Below, piece by piece: positions 48,832-59,215 of a stretch of DNA of 64,000 bases. Position 1 is the stretch's first letter, and every line of letters begins with the position of its first letter. The notes under the pieces were generated by a model. It did not search any database and was not told the origin of the DNA. It saw only the letters and a program-made list of their open reading frames with translations. This stretch comes from an uncultured Eubacteriales bacterium. Its GTDB lineage: Bacteria > Bacillota > Clostridia > Oscillospirales > CAG-272. The position numbers and the translations under genes are program-made. The stretch lies in contig URDX01000009.1 in NCBI GenBank assembly GCA_900546695.1, positions 1,271-65,270 of the forward strand, in the 5' to 3' direction.

Positions 48832-50487
48832 ATGTCGAGAGAAAACATTGTCGACGGGGTGCAGAACGCGCCCCATCGCAGTCTGTTTCACGCGCTCGGT
48901 CTGACCGAGGAGGAGCAGGCGAGACCGCTCGTCGGTATTGTCAGCTCGTATAATGAGATAGTTCCCGGACATATGAACATCGACAAGATAGTCGAGGCTG
49001 TCAAGCTCGGCGTTGCAATGGCGGGCGGTACGCCTATCGTTTTCCCCGCCATCGCCGTCTGCGACGGTATCGCGATGGGTCATACGGGAATGAAGTATTC
49101 GCTCGTCACCCGCGACCTTATCGCCGACTCGACCGAGGCTATGGTGCTCGCTCACGGCTTTGACGCTCTTGTCATGGTGCCTAACTGCGATAAGAACGTT
49201 CCGGGTTTGCTTATGGCGGCGGCGCGCGTCAACGTGCCCACTGTATTTGTCAGCGGCGGTCCGATGCTTGCAGGCAGGGTTGAAGGCAAAAAGACGAGCC
49301 TTTCGAGCATGTTCGAGGCGGTCGGCGCGTATAACGCGGGAAAAATTGACGACAAAAAGCTGCTCGAGTACGAATGCAAGACCTGCCCGTCGTGCGGCTC
49401 ATGCTCGGGCATGTATACGGCTAACTCTATGAACTGTCTGACCGAAGCACTCGGTATGGGTCTGCGCGGCAACGGTACGATTCCCGCCGTCTATTCCGCC
49501 CGCATCGAGCTTGCAAAGCATGCCGGCATGGCTGTAACGGAGCTGCTGCGCCGCAATATCAGACCGCGTGACATTATGACGCGCGGAGCGCTTATGAATG
49601 CGCTTACCGTCGATATGGCGCTCGGCTGCTCTACGAACAGCATGCTGCACCTGCCCGCTATTGCGCATGAGTGCGGTGTTGAGCTGAATCTTGATATAGC
49701 AAACGATATCAGCGCAAAAACGCCTAATCTCTGCCATCTTGCTCCCGCGGGCAGGACCTATATGGAGGACCTGAACGAGGCGGGCGGCGTATACGCAGTG
49801 ATGCACGAGCTGACAAAGCGCGGACTGCTGAATACCGACTGCATGACCGTTACGGGGCATACGATAGGCGAGAACATCGAGGGCTGTGAGATTCTTGATA
49901 CCGACACCATCCGCCCGATAGACAACCCGTTCAGCGAGACGGGCGGTATTGCGGTGCTCAAGGGCAATCTTGCGCCCGAGGGCAGCGTAGTAAAGCGCTC
50001 CGCCGTGCTTCCCGAGATGCTTGTGCATGAGGGTCCCGCGCGCGTGTTCGACTCCGAGGAGGAGGCGCAGGCGGCTATCAATGCGGGCAAGATAAAGGCG
50101 GGTGATGTCGTCGTTATCCGCTATGAGGGTCCGAAGGGCGGACCCGGTATGCGCGAGATGCTGAACCCCACTTCCGCTATTATGGGAATGGGACTCGGCA
50201 GCAGCGTTGCGCTCATCACCGACGGACGCTTCAGCGGCGCTACACGCGGCGCATGCATCGGTCACGTCAGCCCCGAAGCAGCTTCGGGCGGCATGATAGG
50301 CGTTGTCGAGGAGGGCGACATTATCAGCATCAATATCCCCGATAACCGCATCGAGCTCAAGGTTGACGCGGCTGTGCTTGAGGAGAGAATGAAGAATTTC
50401 GTGCCTAAGAAGAAGGAACTGTCGGGATATCTGCGCCGCTATGCCGCGCTTGTCTCGAGCGGTGCTTCTGGCGCGATACTCAACTGA
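48832..50487 (+). CDS. ilvD: Dihydroxy-acid dehydratase
   Basis: [33 protein letters not shown] and TDGRFSG. Confidence 0.9.
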   Translation: MSRENIVDGVQNAPHRSLFHALGLTEEEQARPLVGIVSSYNEIVPGHMNIDKIVEAVKLGVAMAGGTPIVFPAIAVCDGIAMGHTGMKYSLVTRDLIADSTEAMVLAHGFDALVMVPNCDKNVPGLLMAAARVNVPTVFVSGGPMLAGRVEGKKTSLSSMFEAVGAYNAGKIDDKKLLEYECKTCPSCGSCSGMYTANSMNCLTEALGMGLRGNGTIPAVYSARIELAKHAGMAVTELLRRNIRPRDIMTRGALMNALTVDMALGCSTNSMLHLPAIAHECGVELNLDIANDISAKTPNLCHLAPAGRTYMEDLNEAGGVYAVMHELTKRGLLNTDCMTVTGHTIGENIEGCEILDTDTIRPIDNPFSETGGIAVLKGNLAPEGSVVKRSAVLPEMLVHEGPARVFDSEEEAQAAINAGKIKAGDVVVIRYEGPKGGPGMREMLNPTSAIMGMGLGSSVALITDGRFSGATRGACIGHVSPEAASGGMIGVVEEGDIISINIPDNRIELKVDAAVLEERMKNFVPKKKELSGYLRRYAALVSSGASGAILN

Positions 50488-50572
50488 TTATGATGCTGTA
50501 AGCGGTCGACCGATATGCAGAAGGCTGCGGACGGTCAAACTTTATGAGAGTAACTACGGATGATAAATCGAG

Positions 50573-51769
50573 ATGAGTATGATTATGGACGGACAAAAAA
50601 CAAAATCGGAGCTGCTTGCGGGGCTTGATACACTGTGTATCTTCCGCTCGCTGCTCCGCGACCCCGTGATATCGGCGCTGCGTGAATATCTCGCGTCGCC
50701 CTCCGCTCCCGCATATGCTGAATTTGTCTCCGTGCTTTATGAGCGCGGCGGCGATATCGGCGAGCATGTGCGCACGCTGTGCGAGAACGACGGTAACATA
50801 TACGTCAGAACGGCGGCAGCGGGCGGCGAGGTGCCGAATTTCATGTTTGAGGCACTCGTCGCGGAGCTGCAGCTGCTCAGCCGCATTGCGGCGCTGACGC
50901 CCGATGCTCTGTGTGACGGGCTCGGATACGGTGGCTTTCTGCCTGCGTTTACAAGTTCCGCACCGTCTCTGTGCGAGCTCTATCTGCATCGCGTAGATAA
51001 TATCGGCAGATTCGGCTACGGCATATATGCCGAGCATCATATGTTCTACCTTGCCGACGACGGCAGCATAACCGCGGTGCTTCATCCCGACCGTACCGAG
51101 CTCTCCGATCTTATCGGCTACGAGCGGCAGCGCGAGGCAATTATGAACAATACCCGCGCGCTGCTTGACGGTAAGCCCGCCGCGAATATCCTGCTCTCCG
51201 GCGATGCGGGCACGGGAAAATCGTCTACCGTCAAGGCGGTGGCGAACGCACTGTGGCAGGAGGGACTGCGCATTATCGAGCTGCGCAAGGATCAGCTGCG
51301 CGAGATACCGCGCGTGCTTGACGAGCTGTCGGGCAACCCGCTTAAATTCGTGCTGTTTATCGACGACCTTTCGTTCAGCGGAGACGACGATAATTTCAGC
51401 TCGCTCAAGGCGGTGCTTGAAGGCTCTGTTGCCGCGCGCTCGTCAAACGTTGTTATCTATGCGACGAGCAACCGCAGACATATCGTAAAGGAGCGGTTCT
51501 CCGACCGTGAGGGCGACGATATCCATCGCAACGATACCATGCAGGAGCTTGTTTCGCTCTCCGAGCGATTCGGGCTGCACATTACCTTCTCAAAGCCCGA
51601 TAAGCAGACATATCTGCATATCGTTCACCGTCTTGCGGCACAGCAGGGCATTGATATGCCTGAGGATAAACTCGATCTGCTCGCCGAGCGCTTTGCGCTT
51701 GAACGCGGAAACCGTTCCGCGCGGCTTGCGCGTCAACTTGTCGACGGTCTGCTTTCGGGCAGGGAATGA
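50573..51769 (+). CDS. DUF815-family AAA-type ATPase
   Basis: NTRALLDGKPAANILLSGDAGTGKSSTVKAV (Walker A), FVLFIDDLSF (Walker B), and IYATSNRRH. No clear terminator separates it from ilvD. Confidence 0.65.
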   Translation: MSMIMDGQKTKSELLAGLDTLCIFRSLLRDPVISALREYLASPSAPAYAEFVSVLYERGGDIGEHVRTLCENDGNIYVRTAAAGGEVPNFMFEALVAELQLLSRIAALTPDALCDGLGYGGFLPAFTSSAPSLCELYLHRVDNIGRFGYGIYAEHHMFYLADDGSITAVLHPDRTELSDLIGYERQREAIMNNTRALLDGKPAANILLSGDAGTGKSSTVKAVANALWQEGLRIIELRKDQLREIPRVLDELSGNPLKFVLFIDDLSFSGDDDNFSSLKAVLEGSVAARSSNVVIYATSNRRHIVKERFSDREGDDIHRNDTMQELVSLSERFGLHITFSKPDKQTYLHIVHRLAAQQGIDMPEDKLDLLAERFALERGNRSARLARQLVDGLLSGRE

Positions 51770-51874
51770 TGCGGTACGGCGGCGGGGCGGTGTGAAAGGC
51801 TTAAAAGCCTGTCGCCGAAGCCGAGCGATATTTTGGGCTGTAGCATAAGCGATATTTCGGACCGTAACATTAAA

Positions 51875-51917
51875 AGCAGTACCATCCGACCGACCGTCGG
51901 GTGATACTGCTTTTTTC
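51875..51917. terminator. Terminator hairpin between convergent genes
   Basis: AGCAGTA...TACTGCT closes an imperfect GC-rich stem and is followed by TTTTTTC. AAAA lies upstream. Confidence 0.6.
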
Positions 51918-52007
51918 TTTGTTAATTAGTTTGTGTACCCTGCCATACCGCGGCATGCCGTGCATACCGTAGGTCTGTCTGCATACTCGCATTTCTGCGG
52001 TATCCGC

Positions 52008-53009
52008 TTATGCGACGAACTGGAATACGCAGAATGCGGCGTAAATCGCGAGCAGCAGAATGCCCTGAAAGCGCGAGAGCTTTCCGCGTATGAGCGCGGG
52101 CAGGGTCATTATAGCCATGACGGCGAACATCAGCGGGATGTCGACGACGAGCGAGGCGTTCATGCCGCCTACCGTCTTTTCGCACGGGACAGCAAACGGT
52201 GAGAGCGTTACGGAAACGCCCGACACGAGCACGAGATTGAACAGGTTAGCGCCGACGATATTGCCGAGCGAGAGCGAGCCGTGACCCTTGACAAGCGAGG
52301 TTATCGCGGTGACAAGCTCGGGCAGCGAGGTGCCGAGCGCAACGAAGGTGAGCGCTATGACCGATTCGGGCACGCCGAGCGCGGCGGCTATCTTTGTACC
52401 GTTATCTACGAGCAGATTAGCGCCTACGGCGATGAGCGCAGCACCGATTATCAGCAGTATGACTGCACGCAGCATAGGTATTTCTGTCTCGGCTTCTGCA
52501 CTGTCGTCGCCCGCGCCCGGCTGCGCATCAGGCAGATCTGCGGGTGTTGCTTTGCGCGCACTCAGCGCGGAGCGCACCGTCAGAACGATGTATGCGACGA
52601 ATATGAGCAAAAGTCCGATTCCGACGGGGCGTGTAAACTCGCCCGAAGCGTATGCGACGACCGAATATATCACCGCAGCCGCAAAGAAGAAAGCAACGGG
52701 CAGCCAGAGCGAGCGGCGCTCTACCTTACCGGGGCGCACGGCTATTGTGATAGCGGCGATAAGCGCCGTATTGCAGATGACCGAGCCGATGGCGTTGCCG
52801 TAGGCAATCTCACCGTGACCGCTGACGGCACTTGTAGCGGATACCATGACCTCGGGCAGTGTCGTGCCTATCGAGACGACGGTCGCGCCGATAAGCAGCT
52901 CGGGCAGACGGAAGCGGTGCGCGACGGCAACCGCGCCGTCGACAAACCAGTCTCCGCCCTTGATGAGCATAACGAGACCGAGAATAAACAGAAGAATCGG
53001 AACAAGCAT
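52008..53009 (-). CDS. CaCA-family cation/Ca2+ antiporter (YrbG-like)
   Basis: Two alpha-repeats: GATVVSIGTTLPE and ALTFVALGTSLPELVTA. Polytopic membrane protein. Confidence 0.8.
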   Translation of the reverse strand: MLVPILLFILGLVMLIKGGDWFVDGAVAVAHRFRLPELLIGATVVSIGTTLPEVMVSATSAVSGHGEIAYGNAIGSVICNTALIAAITIAVRPGKVERRSLWLPVAFFFAAAVIYSVVAYASGEFTRPVGIGLLLIFVAYIVLTVRSALSARKATPADLPDAQPGAGDDSAEAETEIPMLRAVILLIIGAALIAVGANLLVDNGTKIAAALGVPESVIALTFVALGTSLPELVTAITSLVKGHGSLSLGNIVGANLFNLVLVSGVSVTLSPFAVPCEKTVGGMNASLVVDIPLMFAVMAIMTLPALIRGKLSRFQGILLLAIYAAFCVFQFVA

Positions 53010-53282
53010 ACAGTGACCTTTTGCTCACGCAGTGCGGGAGCGTCCTTTCGTTTCGGTGTTTTGCGGTTGGCGATGTAAACACTATGCAAATGCGGACAGC
53101 GCTCAAAGCATGAGATTTTCACGCAGGATTTTTTGTGTTACAGGCGGTGTTTATCGCCCTTGCATTATAATCATTACCTGCAGCATCCGCCGCTTTGACA
53201 TTTTCATGCATTATAGCATATTTTTCGCGCTTTGTCTACCCCATGGAACGGGTCAGACGTTCCGAAAAATCCCTCTCTGCGG

Positions 53283-55031
53283 TCACGCCGACGGTGCAAA
53301 CTGACTGTTATAGAGCTTTGCGTAGTAGCTTCCGGGGCGTGCAAGCAGCTCGTCATGACTGCCTTGCTCTATGACTCTGCCGTCACGCATTACGAGAATG
53401 GTATCCGCATCGCGTACGGTGGAGAGTCTGTGTGCTACGATAAAGCTTGTTCTGCCGCGCATCAGTCGGTCAAAGGCGCTTTGAATCTTAACCTCGGTAT
53501 TGGTATCAATGCTTGATGTAGCCTCGTCGAGTATCAGCATCGGCGGCAGGCAGAGCATTACACGAGCGATGCAGAGCAGCTGCTTTTGACCCTGACTCAA
53601 GCCGTTGTCGGATATGACGGTGTCGAGCCCCTGCGGCAGACGGCGGATAAATCCGAGACAGTGTGCCGCCTCTGCGGCACTCAGAATCTCCTCGTCGGTC
53701 GCGTCGGGCTTGCCGAATGCGATATTCTCGCGCACTGTGCCGCTCTTGAGCCATGTATCCTGCAGCACCATGCCGAAGCTGCGGCGCAGCGAATGCCGCG
53801 TTATGCTGCGAATGTCGTGCTCGTCGACCGATATCATGCCGCCATCTACGTCGTAGAAGCGCATGAGCAGATTGATAAGCGTCGTTTTGCCGCAGCCGGT
53901 AGGACCAACTATCGCAATGCGCCGCCCGGGCTCTGCATGCAGACAAAGATCGCGGATAAGCGGGCACTCGGGGTCATATGAGAATGTGACATTGTTCAGC
54001 TCGATGCGTCCCGTCGGCGCTTCAAGCTCTGCGGGTGCATCCGGTGATTCGGTCTCGGCGCCGAGCAGCTCAAATACGCGGTCGGCGCACGCGAGCGCAT
54101 TCTGGAGCTCGGTGACTACCGAACTGATATCGTTAAAGGGCTTCATATACCTGTTTGCGTATGCAAGCAGCGCGGAGAGCCCGCCGACCGTCAGACTGCC
54201 GCCCGGGATGAGCAGCACGCCCGCAAGCGCGACACCCGCATAGACAAGATTGTTTACAAAGCGGGTGGAGGGGTTTGTAAGGCTGCTGTAGAACACCGCC
54301 TGAGTGCTGCATTCGGTCAGCTCGTCGCTCAGCGCGTCAAAGCTCTGCTGCGCGCGCTTTTCATAGCCGAATGCACGTATAACCTTCTGTCCGCCGACCG
54401 CCTCATCTATCAGCGTCGTCTGCCGTCCGCGTATCTCGCTCTGACGGATGAAAAGCCGATACGAACGCGAGGAAACAAACCGCGCGACAAGGAAGGAGAG
54501 CGGAGTGAGCAGCACGACGATGAGCGAAACGAGGATGTTCCGTGAGAACATGAACACGAGCGTTACAACGATGGTGATAACACCCGAGAACAGCTGAGTA
54601 AAGCCGAGCAGCAGACCGTCAGAGAGGATGTCTACATCGCTCGTCACGCGACTGAGTGTGTCGCCTGTGCCGTGCGAGTCGAGATATGAGAGCGGGATGC
54701 GCTGCAGATGTCTGACGGCATCCGAGCGCAGATCTTCAACTACGCGGAAGGTTATACTGTTGTTAAGCAGATTCATAAGAAAGGTGCACACGCCCGAGCC
54801 CGCAGCGAGCGCCGCCGCGAGTGCGAGACTGCGACCCATAGCCGCATAGTCGACCCCGCCCGTCAGCGCGTCTATCGCCGAGCCGAACAGCACGGGAACA
54901 TACAGCTGCAGCACGACCGAAGCCGCCGCAAGCAGCAGGGTGAGCAGCAGGGAAATGCGCCTGCGCCCGAGATACGGCATCAGCTGCTTTAATGTTGCAA
55001 GACCGCCTGTTTTTTTCTTCTGACCTTTCAT
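53283..55031 (-). CDS. ABC exporter, fused permease/ATPase (half of a heterodimeric multidrug-type pair)
   Basis: Six-TM N-terminal domain, Walker A GPTGCGKTT, signature LSQGQKQLL, Walker B LILDEATS. Confidence 0.85.
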   Translation of the reverse strand: MKGQKKKTGGLATLKQLMPYLGRRRISLLLTLLLAAASVVLQLYVPVLFGSAIDALTGGVDYAAMGRSLALAAALAAGSGVCTFLMNLLNNSITFRVVEDLRSDAVRHLQRIPLSYLDSHGTGDTLSRVTSDVDILSDGLLLGFTQLFSGVITIVVTLVFMFSRNILVSLIVVLLTPLSFLVARFVSSRSYRLFIRQSEIRGRQTTLIDEAVGGQKVIRAFGYEKRAQQSFDALSDELTECSTQAVFYSSLTNPSTRFVNNLVYAGVALAGVLLIPGGSLTVGGLSALLAYANRYMKPFNDISSVVTELQNALACADRVFELLGAETESPDAPAELEAPTGRIELNNVTFSYDPECPLIRDLCLHAEPGRRIAIVGPTGCGKTTLINLLMRFYDVDGGMISVDEHDIRSITRHSLRRSFGMVLQDTWLKSGTVRENIAFGKPDATDEEILSAAEAAHCLGFIRRLPQGLDTVISDNGLSQGQKQLLCIARVMLCLPPMLILDEATSSIDTNTEVKIQSAFDRLMRGRTSFIVAHRLSTVRDADTILVMRDGRVIEQGSHDELLARPGSYYAKLYNSQFAPSA

Positions 55032-56821
55032 GCCTGTACCCCCTCTCCGTTTGTTTCGGTATCCGAGATGTCTTTATCCGTTACGCTTTTGCACGCTGCA
55101 CGGCGCTTGATGCTCTCCCTTTCTTCGGGAAACTGAGAGCAATAGATGTCGCGGTAGACCTCACAGCCTTCAAGCAGCTGCTCATGAGTGCCCCTGCCGA
55201 CGAGTCTTCCGTTATCGAGCACAAGTATCATATCCGAATCGCGAACGCATGCGATGCGCTGCGAGACGATGAACGTAGTTGAGCCGCGGCGCGCACGCAG
55301 TGCGCGGCGGAGCGCAGCGTCGGTCGCGTAGTCGAGTGCGCTTGAGCTGTCGTCAAGAACAAGAATCTTCGGCTGCTTGACGAGCGCGCGTGCAACCGTC
55401 AGCCGCTGACGCTGACCGCCCGAGAAGTTCCGCCCGTTCTGCTCAACAGTGCTGTCGAGCCCGCCGGGCTTGCCCTCTACTATCTCTTTTGCCTGTGCGG
55501 TCGCGAGCGCATCCCACAGCTGCTCATCGGTCGCCTTTTCGTCGCCGAACAACAGATTTTCGCGTATCGTGCCGCTGAACAGCATCGCCTTCTGCGGAAC
55601 GACTCCGACGGCATCCGCAAGCGCGGCACGCGAATATTCGCACGCATTACGCCCGCCTATTGTGACGCTGCCGTCCGTCGCGTCGTAAAAGCGCGGTATC
55701 AGATTGACAAGCGTCGTTTTACCGCTGCCCGTACCGCCGATAATGCCGACGGTCGAGCCGTCGGGGGCGCTGAAGCTTATGCCGTCAAGGCTCGGTGCGC
55801 CCGCACCGCGATAGGTAAACGAAACATTGTCAAACACAACGTCTCCGCTCGATATCCTGTCTGCGGGTGAATCGCTGTATTTCATGTCCGGCTCGACCGC
55901 AAGCACATCGGCAACTCTGCCCGCGCATGCGAGCGAGCGGTTAAGCGTTATGATAAGCGATGCGAGCTTGATTAGCTCGACGATTATCTGCAGCATGTAG
56001 TTGTACAGTGCAACGACCTCGCCCTGTGCGAGCGAGCCGAGCTCTACACGCACAGCCGCCTCACGGATGAGAAAGACGGCAGCAAGGTTGATAAGAACAT
56101 ATGTCACGGGATTGAGCAGGGCGGAGAGCCTTCCGACAAAGAGATTAAGCGCTGTAAGATCACGGTTGCTCTTGTCGAACTCTGCGATCTCGCTCTCCTC
56201 ACGACAGAATGCACGTATAACGCGCACACCCGAAAGATTTTCGCGGGTCAGCCGCGTAACACGGTCAAGTCCCGACTGAGCACGCCCGAAAAGCGGTATG
56301 CTGACCTTCATAATAAGGAAGGTAACGGTGAACAGCACGGGCACGGTAACCGCAAATATCAGCGCGCAGCGGACATTTATGGTAAACGCCATAACCGTGC
56401 AGCCGAGCACGATAAACGGGCTGCGCAGCAGCAGACGCAGACCCATATTCAGACCGTTCTGCACCTGATTGATGTCGCCCGAAAGACGGGTTATCAGCGT
56501 ATCGCTGCCTGCGGTATCGAGGTCGGAATATGAAAATTTCTGAATGTGCGAGAAGAGCGCGCAGCGCAGCTTTCCCGCAAAGCCGACGCTCGCCCGCGCA
56601 GAGAAAAACTGCGCAACGACGGTGCATGTCAGCCCGATTACCGCCATTGCGATAAGCACGCCGAAATAGATAAACACGGTGCGCTTGCTGTCGCCGCCGT
56701 CTATCATACGTGCAACGGCGAGCGGAACGAGCAGGTCGAATATTGCTTCAAGCAGCTTGAAGAGCGGGGCGAGAATACTTTCCTTTCGGTATTCGCGCAG
56801 ATACGGCAGCAGTCGTTTCAT
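55028..56821 (-). CDS. ABC exporter, fused permease/ATPase (partner half-transporter)
   Basis: Walker A GGTGSGKTT, signature FSGGQRQRL, Walker B LVLDDSSS. Overlaps the downstream partner by 4 nt. Confidence 0.85.
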   Translation of the reverse strand: MKRLLPYLREYRKESILAPLFKLLEAIFDLLVPLAVARMIDGGDSKRTVFIYFGVLIAMAVIGLTCTVVAQFFSARASVGFAGKLRCALFSHIQKFSYSDLDTAGSDTLITRLSGDINQVQNGLNMGLRLLLRSPFIVLGCTVMAFTINVRCALIFAVTVPVLFTVTFLIMKVSIPLFGRAQSGLDRVTRLTRENLSGVRVIRAFCREESEIAEFDKSNRDLTALNLFVGRLSALLNPVTYVLINLAAVFLIREAAVRVELGSLAQGEVVALYNYMLQIIVELIKLASLIITLNRSLACAGRVADVLAVEPDMKYSDSPADRISSGDVVFDNVSFTYRGAGAPSLDGISFSAPDGSTVGIIGGTGSGKTTLVNLIPRFYDATDGSVTIGGRNACEYSRAALADAVGVVPQKAMLFSGTIRENLLFGDEKATDEQLWDALATAQAKEIVEGKPGGLDSTVEQNGRNFSGGQRQRLTVARALVKQPKILVLDDSSSALDYATDAALRRALRARRGSTTFIVSQRIACVRDSDMILVLDNGRLVGRGTHEQLLEGCEVYRDIYCSQFPEERESIKRRAACKSVTDKDISDTETNGEGVQA

Positions 56822-56974
56822 GTCATAGCCTTTCCGTGTTGCCCATACGGCAGCCGCGCCGACGGGTCGATTTTGATTTAAGTATTGACAAATTCATTAT
56901 AACACATTATACTCAATACAGATAATATTGTTTTTGTTTATTAGAAATATAATTTATATATAACGAGGTGCGGT

Positions 56975-57850
56975 ATGGAGCTCAGGCAGCTGGAATATTT
57001 CGTAAAGATAGCCGATACGGGCAGCATAAACGAGGCGGCGCGCAAGCTGAACATGTCGCAGCCGCCGCTCAGCTATTCGCTGCGTCAGCTCGAGGGTGAG
57101 CTCGGTGCGGAGCTGTTCACACGGAGCGCAAAGGGGGTAGAGCTTACCGCTGCGGGCAGGCTGCTGTACGAGCGGGCAGAAAATCTGCTCGAGTTTGCGC
57201 ATTCGACAAAGCGCGAGGTGAGCGAAGCGGGGAAACGGCGGGTGCTGCGGATAGGTATAACGTCGTCGACAGTGCCTACGGTGCTGCCGTTTATATCCGA
57301 ATTTGTGCGCCGCAGCCCCGATGTCAGCTTTGAGGTGCACGACGGCTCAAGCTACACTTTGCTGCAGCTGCTGCTCGACGGCATAATAGATATATCGGTC
57401 GCGCGCACCCCACTGCGGCTCGATGCTGTCGACGTGCTGACCCTATCGCATGAGCCGATGCTTGCAGTTTCACCCACAGGCTCTCCGCTGAGCTGCGGTG
57501 CGGAATGTTGTCTGCCCGACCTTATCGGCAGACCGCTGATAATCTATCGCCGCTACGAGGAGCTTATAATGTCGGCTTTTGCCGCACGCGGGCTCTCGCC
57601 CGAGGTATTTTGCGTCTGCGACGATGCGCGCGACGCTATGCTGTGGGTCGGCGCGGGACTTGCTACCGCGGTATTTCCCGCATCCATGCGCAGCATGTGC
57701 CGTGGGCTTGATATAAAAACGCTCTACGAGCCGTCGCTTGAGACCGAAACGCTGCTTATAACAAAGCGCGGCGGCACGACCGCACCGCTTGCGCGCGATC
57801 TGCTTGCCGTTTGCTGCGATATGCTTGAACGGAGCGGGGCACGTCGGTGA
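56975..57850 (+). CDS. LysR-family transcriptional regulator, divergent from the ABC exporter pair
   Basis: N-terminal HTH MELRQLEYFVKIADTGSINEAARKLNMSQPPLSYSLRQLE. Confidence 0.85.
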   Translation: MELRQLEYFVKIADTGSINEAARKLNMSQPPLSYSLRQLEGELGAELFTRSAKGVELTAAGRLLYERAENLLEFAHSTKREVSEAGKRRVLRIGITSSTVPTVLPFISEFVRRSPDVSFEVHDGSSYTLLQLLLDGIIDISVARTPLRLDAVDVLTLSHEPMLAVSPTGSPLSCGAECCLPDLIGRPLIIYRRYEELIMSAFAARGLSPEVFCVCDDARDAMLWVGAGLATAVFPASMRSMCRGLDIKTLYEPSLETETLLITKRGGTTAPLARDLLAVCCDMLERSGARR

Positions 57851-58191
57851 TTTTGAGACGTCTCGCGGCGATGATATTCAGCGTGTCGACTCCAAGCGCA
57901 GTGCACGGTGATGCTCCGAGCGGAGCGCATGGCGATACGCTGAGCATAGTAGTGCGAAACTCCGTGCAGAGGACTTTCGGCGCTTTTATGCAGTGTGCGG
58001 TAATGCCTTAAAACAGTGAGCGGCGCAGCTGCTTCTGTAACCGAGCGCATTATTTCCCGGGAAATACCCGAAAAAGGAAGCTTTCCCGATATCGGAAATT
58101 ACCCGCACGGTGTGCGTGTTCGCAGCATACGCGACATTGCGGGCGGAATTATTAATATTTCTTTTTTTGACACAAAAATCGGGCAAAGGGC

Positions 58192-58220
58192 TTGCATCGA
58201 CGGAGCAAATGATATATAAT
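58192..58220 (+). promoter_or_regulatory. Candidate promoter for the acyltransferase-ligase pair
   Basis: TTGCAT (58192-58197), a 17-nt spacer, then TATAAT (58215-58220). Confidence 0.45.
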
Positions 58221-58342
58221 AACACAGGATTGGGCGCTTGCGCGGTACTGTCTGCCGCGACACGCTCGGTCAGTCCGTCACTGTAATTTATGATACATAT
58301 TTATATGAGAGGATTTCGCTGTACGGCGAAAACGGGATTCTA

Positions 58343-59215
58343 ATGTCAGCTAAGAGATTCGGCGATCGCAAGGACGGAAGACTGCTCCGCGATCTTGATT
58401 CGATGCACATCATAGTGCCGCATATCCTGCCAAACCGCGCGGATAACGAGGCATTCATCTCCGAACAGCTAGATCTGAGCGCTGCGGAGGAATATCTTGC
58501 ACGGCGAAACGAGGGAAACGAGGGCTACAAATACAACATATTTCAGCTGATAGTTACGGCTATGCTTCGCACCGTCATGCTGCGCCCGAAAATGAACCGC
58601 TTTATCGTAAACAACAATATCTACGAGCGCAACGAGCTCACGGCGGCATTCGTCGTAAAGAAGCAGTTCTCGGATGCATCGGGTGAGGCGCTTGCATTTA
58701 TTCACGCGCATCCCGATGATACACTTGATACCGTTCATTCGGAGATAGAGCGTATCGTTACCGAGTGCAGAGACGTGAAGAAGAACGATGCATCTACCGA
58801 GAGCATGAACATCATATCTAAGATACCGCGCCCCGTTATGCGGATATTGCTCAGCTTTATGAGATTTCTCGACCGTCACGGTTGGGTACCGAAGGGGCTC
58901 ATCGCGAGCGACCCGCAGTATTCGACGGTAATGCTGTCGAATCTCGGCTCGATAAAGCTCCATGCGGGCTATCACCACCTGACAAACTGGGGTACGAATT
59001 CGTTTTTCGTCGTTATAGGCGAAAAGAAAAAGCGCCCGTTTTACGATGACGAAGGAAACGTCGAGATGCGCATGAGCATTGACCTCGGGCTTACTGTCGA
59101 CGAACGTATAGCCGACGGCTATTATTTCTCGCGCTCGGTGCGTCTGATGCGCCATCTGCTTGAAAACCCCGAGCTGCTTGAACAGCCGCTCTCGAAGGAG
59201 GTCGATTATCAATGA
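58343..59215 (+). CDS. Stand-alone 2-oxoacid dehydrogenase E2/CAT-like acyltransferase domain protein without a lipoyl domain
   Basis: Start set at the ATG at 58343 (MSAKRFGDRKDGRLL). The C-terminal LTVDERIADGYYFSRSVRLMRHLLENPELL aligns with the E2 motif DHRxxDG...LLE.P..LL, but with Glu in place of His. Confidence 0.6.
   Translation: MSAKRFGDRKDGRLLRDLDSMHIIVPHILPNRADNEAFISEQLDLSAAEEYLARRNEGNEGYKYNIFQLIVTAMLRTVMLRPKMNRFIVNNNIYERNELTAAFVVKKQFSDASGEALAFIHAHPDDTLDTVHSEIERIVTECRDVKKNDASTESMNIISKIPRPVMRILLSFMRFLDRHGWVPKGLIASDPQYSTVMLSNLGSIKLHAGYHHLTNWGTNSFFVVIGEKKKRPFYDDEGNVEMRMSIDLGLTVDERIADGYYFSRSVRLMRHLLENPELLEQPLSKEVDYQ

Noticed and set aside
56822-56974. AT-rich divergent region between the ABC exporter and LysR genes, searched for a LysR T-N11-A box.
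   Set aside because: Many T-N11-A matches arise trivially in this AT-rich stretch. I could not single out a convincing dyad, so no site is reported.
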